Shown here: one piece after another, positions 10,064-19,383 of the stretch | How the letters are laid out: the number at the start of each line of letters is the position of its first letter | Numbering within the stretch: the stretch's first letter is position 1 | Notes under the pieces: generated by a model | What the model was told of the DNA's origin: nothing | Databases searched by the model: none | Seen by the model: only the letters and a program-made list of their open reading frames with translations | Position numbers and translations under genes: made by a program | NCBI GenBank assembly: GCA_044223005.1 | Contig: JBGAML010000004.1 | Coordinates: forward strand, 192,001-256,000 | Source: Candidatus Eiseniibacteriota bacterium | Lineage (GTDB): Bacteria > Eisenbacteria > RBG-16-71-46 | DNA length: 64,000 nt | Reading direction: 5' to 3'

Positions 10064-11571
10064 GCCGCACCCCGCAGCATCGCGCGGCCGGGCAGCATGC
10101 CCGTCGCCCACGCGATCGCGAGATAGGCGACCGTGGCGACGCCGATCGCAGGCAGCGCCGGCACGTGCAGCGCCCGCGCGCCCAGCCACCCCGCGAGAAG
10201 CGCGACGTTGAGCGCGATCGGGCCGCCGATCCGGGCGCCCAGGTCGCGCCACGGCAGGTCGTGCCGCGAACTCCACACGTAGAGCGCGGCGCTGATCGCG
10301 TACGTCGCGACCATCGACGCCGCGGCACCCGCCGCGCCCCACGCCGGTACGAGGAACGACCCCAGCACCAGCTGCGCCGCGAGCGCGACGGTGTTGACCC
10401 ACGCGCGGGCGCGCTCGGCGCCGATCGCGAGCGCGGTCTGCTCGAGCAGCGCCGTCACGGCGAAGAGCGGCACCGCGAACGCCGAGATGCGCAGCGCCGT
10501 CGCCGCCACGCCGTAACGCTCGCCGAACGCCAGCGCCAGCAGCTCGCGCGGCCAGAGCGCGAAGGCGATCGCGATCGGCAGCCCCAGCGCGAGCACGGCC
10601 GAGCCCACGGTCGCGAGCGCGTCGCGGAACGCGCGCCCGCCGCTGCGCGCGTGCACGAGCACCGGCAGGAGCGGCCACCACAGCACGGAGAACGCGTTGA
10701 TCACGAGCAGCAGCCAGCGCGAGCTCGCGCCGAAGATGCCGGCTTCGGTGGGCGAAGCGATCGCGCCCACCATGAGCATCGGCGCCTGGGCGCAGCCGAT
10801 GCCCGCGATCGAGCCGATCGCGAACACGATCGAGCGTCGCGCGTGCTGCCCGATCGCGGCGTCCGCGCCGTCCCACGCGATCGCACGCGCGCGCGCGATG
10901 CGCGCGAGTCCCACCGCGGCCGCCACGGCGAACGAGCCCGCCCACACGGCGGCGGCCGTCCCCGGGCCCGGCCAGCGCCCGAGCACGAACACCGCGCCGA
11001 GTACGGTCGCGAGTGCCGCCGCGGCGTTCGCGGCCGCGAGCCCGCGGAAGTCCTCGCGCGCACGCAGCGCCCAGTCCGGGAACGCGGCGTAGGCGAGGAA
11101 GAAGAGCGATGCGCCCGCGAGCGCGGCGCGCAGGTCCGGCGCCAGAGGCGCGACGAGCAGCACGATCGCCATACCCGCGGTGAGCGCCCCCGCGCCTGCG
11201 AGGCGCATGCGGAGCAGGTGGCCCTTCAGGCGCCGGGCGCGGTGCGGATCGTTGGCGCGCACGCGCACCACTTCGCGCGTCGCGTAGCCGGAGTTGGCCG
11301 CGGCGTCGGCGGCGAGCCAGACGTACTGCACCAGCGCGAGCGCGTACGAGAAGCGGCCGAAGCCCGCGACGGTGAGCGTGCGCGCGCACGCGAGCGCCAG
11401 TCCGAGCGACGCCCCGCGGGCCGCCAGCTCGGAGACGACGTTCCACGCGAGGTTGCCCGCGAGCCGGCGCGCCCACGGCGTCGCCGCCATGGCCGGCGCG
11501 TTCGCCGGCGGCTCCGCGGCCGCCGGAGCGTCCGCGTCCGGGTCCACGCGCCGGGCCGTCGCCGGGGTCAC
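10060..11571 (-). CDS. wzx: Oligosaccharide flippase (Wzx)
   Basis: NLAWNVVSE..ARTLTVAGFGRF start, about 12 TM helices, WGAAGAA end motif; the start could instead be ATG 11490. Confidence 0.85.
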   Translation of the reverse strand: MTPATARRVDPDADAPAAAEPPANAPAMAATPWARRLAGNLAWNVVSELAARGASLGLALACARTLTVAGFGRFSYALALVQYVWLAADAAANSGYATREVVRVRANDPHRARRLKGHLLRMRLAGAGALTAGMAIVLLVAPLAPDLRAALAGASLFFLAYAAFPDWALRAREDFRGLAAANAAAALATVLGAVFVLGRWPGPGTAAAVWAGSFAVAAAVGLARIARARAIAWDGADAAIGQHARRSIVFAIGSIAGIGCAQAPMLMVGAIASPTEAGIFGASSRWLLLVINAFSVLWWPLLPVLVHARSGGRAFRDALATVGSAVLALGLPIAIAFALWPRELLALAFGERYGVAATALRISAFAVPLFAVTALLEQTALAIGAERARAWVNTVALAAQLVLGSFLVPAWGAAGAAASMVATYAISAALYVWSSRHDLPWRDLGARIGGPIALNVALLAGWLGARALHVPALPAIGVATVAYLAIAWATGMLPGRAMLRGAA

Positions 11572-12572
11572 GCGGCCTCCGCCTGCGGCGCCTCTTCGCG
11601 CGTACGCTCGCGGCGCGGCCACGCGCGCACGCAGCCCGCGGCGAAGCCGAGCAGCAGCCCGGCCGCGGCCATGAGGCTGCGCCGCGGCGACGAGCGGAAC
11701 GCCGGTGGCTGCGCCGCGTCGAGCACGTTGATCACCGGGACGTCGCGGTTCTCGTCCACGCGCGCCATCTCGCGCTCGCGCGTCAGCGCGATCACGACTT
11801 CCTCGCGCGTGCGGACCTCGCGTGCGAGGCGAGCCTGCTCCAGCACGAGCCGCGGGGCGCCCTCCGGGTGCCGGTTGGCGTCGCGGAAGCCCTCGAGGGC
11901 GCCCTCGGCGCGCGCGAGCTCGCCACGGGCGACCTCCAGCCGCTCCTCGACGAACTTGCGGTTGGCGCCCGCCTGCGTCATGAGCGCGTGCATCACGATG
12001 TCCTGGAGCGACGCCGCAGCGCGGTTCGCCACCGCCGCGGCCAGCACCGGGTCGCGATCGCTCACGCCCAGCCGCAGCAGGTTCGTGCGCCGGTCGAGCG
12101 CGATGTCGAAGCGCGCGCGCAGTTCGCGCAGCGCCCGTTCCGTGCGCTGCGGCGACGGCGTGCCGCGCACGAGGTACTCCTCCAGCGCGACGCGGTCGCC
12201 GCGCTCGCGCGGGAAGCGCTCCGCGAGCAGGCCCGCGAGCAGGCGGCGGCTGCGCAGGATGTCGGGGTAGGTGAGGGCGTTGCTGCCTGCGCCGGACGAA
12301 ATGCCCAGCGCCTGCGCCGAGAGCCCGAGCTGCTCGAGCGTCGAGCTGCCGTCGTGCTTCGGGGCCTCGAGCAGCGTGACGCCGGCGACGTACACCGGCG
12401 GCAGCACGAACGCGAGCGCGATCATCAGCGCGGCGCCGGCGGCCGCCCACAGCGCGAGCGAACGCCAGCGGGCGCGCAGCATCGCCACGAGCGGGGCGAC
12501 GTCGAAACCCGCCGCCGGCTCGGGTTCGAGCGACCAGGGAGAAGGCTCGGGTGCGTCGGGACGCGTGCTCAT
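11568..12572 (-). CDS. Wzz/GNVR-type polysaccharide co-polymerase (no kinase domain)
   Basis: Two terminal TM helices, ILRSRRL, coiled-coil, VLDAAQPP..SSPRR motif. Confidence 0.85.
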   Translation of the reverse strand: MSTRPDAPEPSPWSLEPEPAAGFDVAPLVAMLRARWRSLALWAAAGAALMIALAFVLPPVYVAGVTLLEAPKHDGSSTLEQLGLSAQALGISSGAGSNALTYPDILRSRRLLAGLLAERFPRERGDRVALEEYLVRGTPSPQRTERALRELRARFDIALDRRTNLLRLGVSDRDPVLAAAVANRAAASLQDIVMHALMTQAGANRKFVEERLEVARGELARAEGALEGFRDANRHPEGAPRLVLEQARLAREVRTREEVVIALTREREMARVDENRDVPVINVLDAAQPPAFRSSPRRSLMAAAGLLLGFAAGCVRAWPRRERTREEAPQAEAA

Positions 12573-14959
12573 TTGCCGGTCTGCCTCACGAGGTACACGG
12601 TGGTGGCCATGCTGGCGAGGACGCTCATCAGCGTCGCGAAGTCCTTCAGGTGGTCGTGCGGCTCGGTCATCTCGCGCGCCGGCACCACGACGCGGCTGCC
12701 GGGCTCGGGAGTGCCGCGGCGCTTCACGCGTCCGTTCGGCGCGACGACCATCACGTTGTGGCGGTCCGCGTCGGGCCGGTAGCCGTTGGCCTGAGTGATG
12801 TAGAAGCCCAGGCTCGCGCCCTCCTGCCAGAGCGCCGTCACCGGCGAGAACACGGCGCCCTCGATCTGCACCGTCGGCGTGTAGCGCGGCACGGTGAGCA
12901 CGTCGCCGGCCTGCACCACGAGGTTCGCGTCGTCGTGCCCGCGCCGGAGCGCGCGCGGCAGGTCGACCGCCAGCGACGCACGGCCCTGCCGCGTGAACGT
13001 CGCGCCCCGCGGGTAAGCGAACTCGGTCAGCCCGCCCGCGCGGCGCACGAGGTCGCTCACCCGCTCGTCCCGGCGCAGCAGCGCGTACGTGCCGGGGAAG
13101 CGCACCTCGCCCGCCACGGTGACGAAGGTCGGCTCGGAGTAGTCGGGGTCGCGGCGGATGAACACCGCATCGTGCGGCTGCAGCGCCGTCGCGCGCGCGG
13201 CGGTCGCGCGCGCGAGGTCGCGATCGAGCGCCACCTCGAGCGTCTCGGCCAGCACGATGTTCGCGGCCGCACCGCGGGCGCCGCCCACGCGCGCGATCTC
13301 GGCGCGCTGCGGGTCGGCGTCGTCGGTGAACCCGCCCGCCTTCACCAGCAGGTCGGCGAGCGTCATGCCTTCGAGCAGCTCGTAGGTGCCCGGGGCGCGC
13401 ACGTTGCCGTGGATCGAGACGGCCTGGCGTTCCTTGAGGTCCCACTCCGAGCGGATCGTGACCACGTCGAGCGCGCGCAGCGGCAGGTCGTCGCCCGGGT
13501 CACCGCGCAGCGCGCCCGCCGGCGCGAAGCGCAGCGCGAGGCGCGTGCTGTCCGGGAGCGTGCGCGCGACGAGCGCGTGACCCGTGTAGGCGTCCGGCGT
13601 GAGCCCGCCCGCGGCCGCGATCAGGTCCGACGCCCGCATGCCGGGTCGGAACTCGTAGCGGCCGGGGCGCGCGATGCCGCGCCCGGAGATCTCGACCACG
13701 TTGCCGCGCCGGTCCGGGAGCCCGAAGAGCGTGAGGCGGTCGTCGTCCTGCATCTCGACGTCGTGCGTGGAATCGGCCAGCACCTCGCGCAGCGGCACGT
13801 CGATCGCCACGCGGCCCTGGCCCGGCAGGCTGTCGCGCCACGCCGGCGGCGTCACGCGGTCCACCTGTGCACGTGCGAGCTCGGCCTCGGGCAACGGACC
13901 GCCCGCGAGCTCGATGAGCCGCCGCAGCTGTTCGCCCGTGCGCAGCTCGTAGAGCCCCGGCCGGCGCACCGGCCCGCGCACGTCGACGCGCCGCGCGGCC
14001 GGCGGTACGAACACCACGTCGCCGTTCTGCAGCCGCGCCACCTTCGCCGGATCGCCGCCGAGGATCACGTCGTAGAGGTCCACGCGCGCGACCACGCGGC
14101 CGCCGCGCATCACGCGCACGTCCCGCAGCGAGCCGTCGCGCGACGGACCGCCCGCCGCGTAGAGCGCGTTCAGCACGCGCGACACGGAGCTGATCGTGTA
14201 AGCGCCCGGGCGCGAGACCTGGCCGAGCAGGAACACCTGGATCGTGCGCAGCCGGCCGAGCGACAGGCTCACGAACGTGCTCGGGTGCTGGTCGGCCGGG
14301 CGCAGGCCCGAGTAGACGCGCGCCAGCGCCGCGCGCACGCGCCCGCGCGCTTCCTCGAGCGTCATGCCCTGCACGCTCACCTGGCCCACGTCCGGGAGCG
14401 TGATCACGCCTTCGCGGCTCACGGGCAGCGTGAGCGCGAGCTGGTCGTCGCCCCACAGCGTCAGTGCGAGCTCGTCGCCGGGGCCGAGCGGGTAGTCGGG
14501 ATCGACCGGGCCGTACGCGAGCGGTTCGAACGTGCTCGGCGCCCAGTGGAAGATGTCGAAGCCGAACGGTTCGGCCGTGCCGTCACCCGCGCGGCCCGTC
14601 GCCGCGGTGTCGTTCGCGGCCGCGGGCTGCGGCACCGGGACGAGCGCCGGCGGCTTCGGCGTCTCGGCGGGGGCCGGCGCCGGCGCGCCGCCGGTCGTGC
14701 GCGTGGCCGCCGGTGCGGCGCGCCGCGTGCCCATGCCCAGCGCGTCGAGCGCCGCGTCGATCGAGGCGTCGGACTGGCCCGCGTCGTGCAGCCGCCGGCG
14801 CAGGTCGTCGGGCGTCACGCCACCGCCCTCGAGCAGCGCGCGCAGCTCCGTGCCGCTGCCTCGGGACGCCGGGACGTCGGCGGCGCGTGCGCACACCGGG
14901 AGCAGCGACGTGGCGAGCAGCAAGCTCGCGTGCAGCGGAACGCAGCGCATTCGGCGCAT
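12569..14959 (-). CDS. Polysaccharide export protein with multiple SLBB domains (Wza/KpsD-like)
   Basis: PFGFDIF, DYPLGPGDEL, repeated V.G.V..PG.Y and LxxAGG SLBB units; signal peptide; GAGGGG RBS. Confidence 0.88.
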   Translation of the reverse strand: MRRMRCVPLHASLLLATSLLPVCARAADVPASRGSGTELRALLEGGGVTPDDLRRRLHDAGQSDASIDAALDALGMGTRRAAPAATRTTGGAPAPAPAETPKPPALVPVPQPAAANDTAATGRAGDGTAEPFGFDIFHWAPSTFEPLAYGPVDPDYPLGPGDELALTLWGDDQLALTLPVSREGVITLPDVGQVSVQGMTLEEARGRVRAALARVYSGLRPADQHPSTFVSLSLGRLRTIQVFLLGQVSRPGAYTISSVSRVLNALYAAGGPSRDGSLRDVRVMRGGRVVARVDLYDVILGGDPAKVARLQNGDVVFVPPAARRVDVRGPVRRPGLYELRTGEQLRRLIELAGGPLPEAELARAQVDRVTPPAWRDSLPGQGRVAIDVPLREVLADSTHDVEMQDDDRLTLFGLPDRRGNVVEISGRGIARPGRYEFRPGMRASDLIAAAGGLTPDAYTGHALVARTLPDSTRLALRFAPAGALRGDPGDDLPLRALDVVTIRSEWDLKERQAVSIHGNVRAPGTYELLEGMTLADLLVKAGGFTDDADPQRAEIARVGGARGAAANIVLAETLEVALDRDLARATAARATALQPHDAVFIRRDPDYSEPTFVTVAGEVRFPGTYALLRRDERVSDLVRRAGGLTEFAYPRGATFTRQGRASLAVDLPRALRRGHDDANLVVQAGDVLTVPRYTPTVQIEGAVFSPVTALWQEGASLGFYITQANGYRPDADRHNVMVVAPNGRVKRRGTPEPGSRVVVPAREMTEPHDHLKDFATLMSVLASMATTVYLVRQTGK

Positions 14960-15450
14960 CGATCCAACCCCTCGGAGGCCGCCCGCGCGTGCGGGAGGCC
15001 GCTGGCTCCGCGCGTATCGAGCGCGCGGCGGCACGCGCCTTCGGGGCGCGGGCCTTCGGTCCACCGACCGTGCCGGGAGTCGTGCGTTCCGTGAGTGGCG
15101 CGCCGTCCGAGGGTGCGGATGCGCTGCCGGAACGTGCGGGCCCGGGCAGGTCGAACGCTTCTGCGATTCGCCGCGGGCGAGGGGAGAGGGCGGATCGCCG
15201 GCGGAACCGGCGCCGCGTCGCACCCCTCGTCGCGACGATATGGCTATCGGAAAAGGCGATGGCGGGCTTGAGTGCAAAATGCGATACGGCCGTCGCGATC
15301 GGGCAATCCGCCCCATCTGCGCGTCCGGAGCGCGATTGGCCGGGAGCACCCCGAGCCGGTAGCTTCCCGCCGGGCGCCGCGGCCGTGCGGCGCCCGCCGG
15401 AACCGCGCCCGAGCGCGGCCGGCACCTCGCGGCCGGCCCGGGGAGGACGC

Positions 15451-16749
15451 GTGCATCGCACGCAGACCAGCACGCTCGCCTTCGCGCTCGCCGCGGCCCT
15501 CGTCACGATCCTCTCGGCCACGCTCGCCTACGAGGGGCTGCGCGCGGCGTTCGAGCAGGACTTCGAGACGCGGCTCGCCAAGGTCGCCGACATCGCCGCC
15601 TCGCAGGTGAGCCCCGCCGACATCGCGGACGTGCGGCGGCTGGGCGCCGAGAGCGGTGGATTCTTCGCGCTGCAGGCGCAGCTCGACATCCTGTGCTCGG
15701 TGACGGGTTTCGAGAACCTCGCGCTCGTCGACTCCGCGCGCACCACGCTCTACGACGTCTCGCTCGGCGAGCAGGGCCTGCTCGATCGCTCGCCCTACGA
15801 CTCGCTCGCCCACGCGTCGCTCGTCGCCGCCTTCCGCGGGCGCGCGACCGGCACCGCCATCCACCGCGCGGGAGGCGACTCGCGCGCCGCGTTCGTGCCC
15901 GTGCGCGCGTCGCAGGGCGTGATCGCCGTGCTCGTCGCCGAGGACCGGCCGACGTGGCGGCCCGCGCTCGCGAGCCTCGGGCGGCGACTCGCTTGGGTGG
16001 CGCTCGTCAGCGTGGTCGCGATCGCCGTGCTCGCCGGCATCCTGCTGCGCGCGCTCGGGCGCCAGCTCACGCTCGAGCGGCGGCTCTCGCGGGCGGAGAA
16101 CCTCGCGGCCATGGGTCGCATGACGGCGACGCTCGCGCACGAGATCAAGAACCCACTGGCCATCATCCGCGGCTCCGCCAAGCGTCTCGGACGGCTGGAA
16201 CCCGAAGCGCAGCGCATGGCCGATTCGGTGGTCGAGGAGGTCGACCGTCTCGGCCGCACGGTGACCCGCTACCTGCAGTTCGCGCGCGGCGAGGCCAGCG
16301 AGCGCGGCACGGGCGATCTCGCGGCCGCGATGACCGCGACGCTCGACCTGCTCGAAGGCGAGTTCCAGGCGCGGCGCTGCACGCTCGCGCGCGAGGGGCT
16401 CGCGGCGCCGATCGCGGTCACGCTCGACGCCGAGTCGCTGCGGCAGGTCGGCCTCAACCTGGTGCTCAACGCGCTGGAGGTGCTCCCCGAAGGAGGCTCG
16501 GTGCGTGTCTCCGTGACGGCCGCCGGGGGGCGCGCGACCCTGCTCGTGCGCGACGACGGGCCGGGTGTGCCGGCCGAGGTGCTGGCCCGCGTGGGCGAAC
16601 CGTTCGTCACCAGCAAGGCCCAGGGCACCGGGCTCGGCCTGTTCCTCGCGCGCCGGCTCGTCGAAGGCGCCGGCGGCTCGCTCCGGCTCGAGAGCCCGCC
16701 CGGGCAGGGCACGACGGTGACCGTCGTGCTCCCGCTCGCCCGGGGTTGA
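15451..16749 (+). CDS. Membrane sensor histidine kinase (NtrB-like)
   Basis: Two TM helices flanking a periplasmic domain; LAHEIKNPL H-box, NLVLNA, DDGPG, GTGLGL; GGAGG RBS before GTG. Confidence 0.93.
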   Translation: MHRTQTSTLAFALAAALVTILSATLAYEGLRAAFEQDFETRLAKVADIAASQVSPADIADVRRLGAESGGFFALQAQLDILCSVTGFENLALVDSARTTLYDVSLGEQGLLDRSPYDSLAHASLVAAFRGRATGTAIHRAGGDSRAAFVPVRASQGVIAVLVAEDRPTWRPALASLGRRLAWVALVSVVAIAVLAGILLRALGRQLTLERRLSRAENLAAMGRMTATLAHEIKNPLAIIRGSAKRLGRLEPEAQRMADSVVEEVDRLGRTVTRYLQFARGEASERGTGDLAAAMTATLDLLEGEFQARRCTLAREGLAAPIAVTLDAESLRQVGLNLVLNALEVLPEGGSVRVSVTAAGGRATLLVRDDGPGVPAEVLARVGEPFVTSKAQGTGLGLFLARRLVEGAGGSLRLESPPGQGTTVTVVLPLARG

Positions 16750-16830
16750 ATCGCGCGGGTCTCTGGGCGATAACTGTGCAAGGCGCGCCGCGACCGCGGC
16801 CCGCCCGATCTCGCGCCGGGAGAACCCATC

Positions 16831-17121
16831 GTGAAGCTCCGCCTGCTCGCCCTCGCCCTGCTCGGCCTGCTGCTCCTTCCCGCGGCCGGCTGCTCGAAGC
16901 GTTACCGGATCGAGATCCAGTCGGACGTCTGCTGGTACGGCACCGTCAACGACAACCAGGGCATCTCGGGCTGCGGCAACGCCACCTACAAGGTGGTGGG
17001 CCGCCTCGGCTGCGTGCGCATCCAGAAGTCCGGCGGCACCGGCTACGTGCGCATCCGCATCGACGACGGCGAGTGGGTGGACTCGTCCGACATCAACGGC
17101 CTCGTCCAGGTCTGCCAGTGA
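16831..17121 (+). CDS. Small lipoprotein with four additional Cys
   Basis: MKLR-hydrophobic-AAGC lipobox; host-like codon usage; GGAG RBS; sits between kinase and regulator. Confidence 0.8.
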   Translation: MKLRLLALALLGLLLLPAAGCSKRYRIEIQSDVCWYGTVNDNQGISGCGNATYKVVGRLGCVRIQKSGGTGYVRIRIDDGEWVDSSDINGLVQVCQ

Positions 17122-17137
17122 ACCGGAGGCCGGCCGC

Positions 17138-18526
17138 GTGAAGGTCCTGATCGTCGACGACGAGATCAAGATCGCCGAGCTGACTGCCGCCGAGCTCCGC
17201 GACGACGGCTTCGACGCCGAGTGCGTCAACGGCAGCGCCGCCGCACTCAAGCGGCTCGCCCAGGCACCGTTCGACGCGGTGGTCACCGACCTGCGCATGC
17301 CGCCGCCCGACGGGCTGGCGCTGCTCGAGCAGGTGCGCGCGAAATGGCCCGATACCGTCGTCGTGGTGATGACCGCGTTCGCCGAGCTCGAGACCGCGCG
17401 CCGCGCGCTCAAGCAGGGCGCCACCGACTACGTCGAGAAGGAAGGCGAGTTCGTCGAGGTGGTCGCACGCGCCCTGCGCGAAGCTGCCGAGACGCGGACG
17501 CTGCGGCGCGAGAACCGCGCCCTGTCGGCGGCGGTCGACTCGCTGCGCCGCGACGCGCTGCCCGTGGTGGGCGAGGCGCCCTCGACGCAGCGCGCGCTCG
17601 ACCTCGCGCGCAAGGTCGCCGTCACCGATTCCACGGTGCTCCTGCGCGGCGAGAGCGGAACCGGCAAGGACCTGTTCGCGCGCACGATCCACGCGCTCAG
17701 CCGGCGCGCGGGCGGCCCGTGGGTGAAGGTGAACTGCGGCGCGCTGCCCGAAGCGCTGCTCGAGAGCGAGCTCTTCGGTCACGAGAAGGGCGCCTTCACC
17801 GGTGCTGTGCGCCAGAAGGCCGGGCGCTTCGAGGACGCGCACGGCGGCACGATCTTCCTCGACGAGATCGGCGAAATGCCGATGACGCTCCAGGTCAAGC
17901 TCCTGCAGGTGATCGAGGAGAAGACCTTCACGCGAGTCGGCGGCAACGCCCCCATCACCGTCGATGCGCGCATCGTCACCGCGACCAACCGTCCGCTCGA
18001 GGAGATGGTGCGCGAGCGCACGTTCCGCGAGGACCTCTTCTTTCGCCTCAACGTGTTCCCGATCGTGCTGCCGCCGCTGCGCGAGCGCCCCGGCGACGTG
18101 CCGCGCCTTGCCGAGCACGTCCTGCGCCGCCACGGCGCCTCGGCCGACAAGCTCACGCCCGAGGCCCTGCGCGCCCTCGCCGGCTACGCGTTCCCCGGCA
18201 ACGTGCGCGAGCTCGAGCACACGCTCGAACGCGCCCTGATCCTCGCCGGCCCCGACCCGATCGGCACCGAACACCTGGTCTTCGCCCAGCCCGGCAGCGC
18301 CGCCACGACCTTCGGCGTGCCCGAGATCCCCGAGGAAGGCCTGTCGCTCGAAGCGCTCGAGAAGGAGCTGATCCTCAAGGCCCTCGAACGCGCCCGCGGC
18401 AACAAGAGCCGCGCCGCCCGCCTGCTCGGCCTCACGCGCCGGACGCTCTACTCGCGGATGGAGAAGCACGGCCTGCGCAAGCCGGACGAAGGCGAACCCG
18501 ACGAGGGCGACGACGCCGTGGAGTAG
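17138..18526 (+). CDS. Sigma54-dependent response regulator (NtrC family)
   Basis: Receiver (IVDDE, TDLRMP), GESGTGK, GAFTGA, FLDEIGE, FPGNVREL, Fis-type HTH. Confidence 0.96.
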   Translation: MKVLIVDDEIKIAELTAAELRDDGFDAECVNGSAAALKRLAQAPFDAVVTDLRMPPPDGLALLEQVRAKWPDTVVVVMTAFAELETARRALKQGATDYVEKEGEFVEVVARALREAAETRTLRRENRALSAAVDSLRRDALPVVGEAPSTQRALDLARKVAVTDSTVLLRGESGTGKDLFARTIHALSRRAGGPWVKVNCGALPEALLESELFGHEKGAFTGAVRQKAGRFEDAHGGTIFLDEIGEMPMTLQVKLLQVIEEKTFTRVGGNAPITVDARIVTATNRPLEEMVRERTFREDLFFRLNVFPIVLPPLRERPGDVPRLAEHVLRRHGASADKLTPEALRALAGYAFPGNVRELEHTLERALILAGPDPIGTEHLVFAQPGSAATTFGVPEIPEEGLSLEALEKELILKALERARGNKSRAARLLGLTRRTLYSRMEKHGLRKPDEGEPDEGDDAVE

Positions 18527-18558
18527 GGCCCGCGTCGCTGTTGTATGCTGGCGGCGTC

Positions 18559-19221
18559 ATGAACGTCCTGCGCGGGTGGCTCTTCGACAACCTCGGGCTC
18601 AAGCTCACCGCACTGCTCCTCGCGGTGCTCGTGTACCTCAACGTGTACACGGACCGCACGGGGACGATGCTGCTGTCGTTCCCGCTCGAGTTCTCGGGGC
18701 TGGCGGATTCGCTCTCGCTCTCGGGGCCCGCGCCCGCGGTGGTGCAGGCGGAGTTGCGCGGCACCGTGAAGCAGCTGATCGGGCTGCGCGTGCGCGAGCC
18801 GCGGCTCAAGATCCCGATGGACGGCGTCGCGCCGGGGCACTTCACTCGCGCGCTCGTGTCGACCGACCTGCCGTTGCCCGCGGGTGGGGTGATCACGGTC
18901 GAGAACGTGGTCGGGCCGCGCGTGATCGAAGTGGACGTCGACCGTCGCGAGACGCGCGAGTTCCCGGTCGCGGCGCGCGTCGAAGGCTCGCCCGCGGCCG
19001 GTTGGAGCTGGGACGGCACCGCGCTGCTGCTGCCCGACCGCGTGCGCGTCAGCGGTCCGGCGAGCGCGCTCGAAGCGCTGGATTCGCTCCAGCTGACGAC
19101 GCTCCGCATCGACGGGCGGCACGACACGCTGCGCACCGTCGCGACGCTGGCGCGCCTGCCGGACTGGTGCTCGGCGGACCCGTCCACGGTGCGGCTGCGG
19201 ATCGGGTTCCGCCGGCGCTGA
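18559..19221 (+). CDS. YbbR/CdaR-like membrane protein
   Basis: FDNLGLKLTALLLAVLVYL N-terminus and PDRVRVSGP YbbR-type repeat. Confidence 0.75.
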   Translation: MNVLRGWLFDNLGLKLTALLLAVLVYLNVYTDRTGTMLLSFPLEFSGLADSLSLSGPAPAVVQAELRGTVKQLIGLRVREPRLKIPMDGVAPGHFTRALVSTDLPLPAGGVITVENVVGPRVIEVDVDRRETREFPVAARVEGSPAAGWSWDGTALLLPDRVRVSGPASALEALDSLQLTTLRIDGRHDTLRTVATLARLPDWCSADPSTVRLRIGFRRR

Positions 19222-19229
19222 GGGACCGC

Positions 19230-19373
19230 GCCAGCTGCGTTCCTCCGAGCACGACCCAAACGAATCGCCCCGGCGCGGGGGGCGCCAGGGCGCTCGGGTT
19301 GGTTCGCGGAGGCGCGAGCCACGCTGGAGATGGCAGGCTCGGTAGGTAGGACGCGACCCGCGCGCCCCGCATC
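19230..19373 (-). ncRNA. Putative sigma54-dependent structured small RNA (3' end undefined)
   Basis: Starts about 12 nt below a consensus sigma54 promoter; long hairpin whose G-U pairs form only on the minus strand; C5 loop. Confidence 0.5.
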
Positions 19374-19383
19374 GGAGGTGAAG

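Noticed and set aside
14960..15450. Sigma54 promoter or ops/JUMPstart element for the capsule operon
   Set aside because: The best candidate (CGGCACGGTCGGTGG) lacks the -12 GC, and no GGCGGTAG ops core was found.
19049..19372. 107-aa minus-strand ORF starting at the predicted sigma54 start site
   Set aside because: Overlaps the cdaR-like gene antisense by about 170 nt and has no recognisable features; RNA structure explains the region better, though leaderless translation is not excluded.
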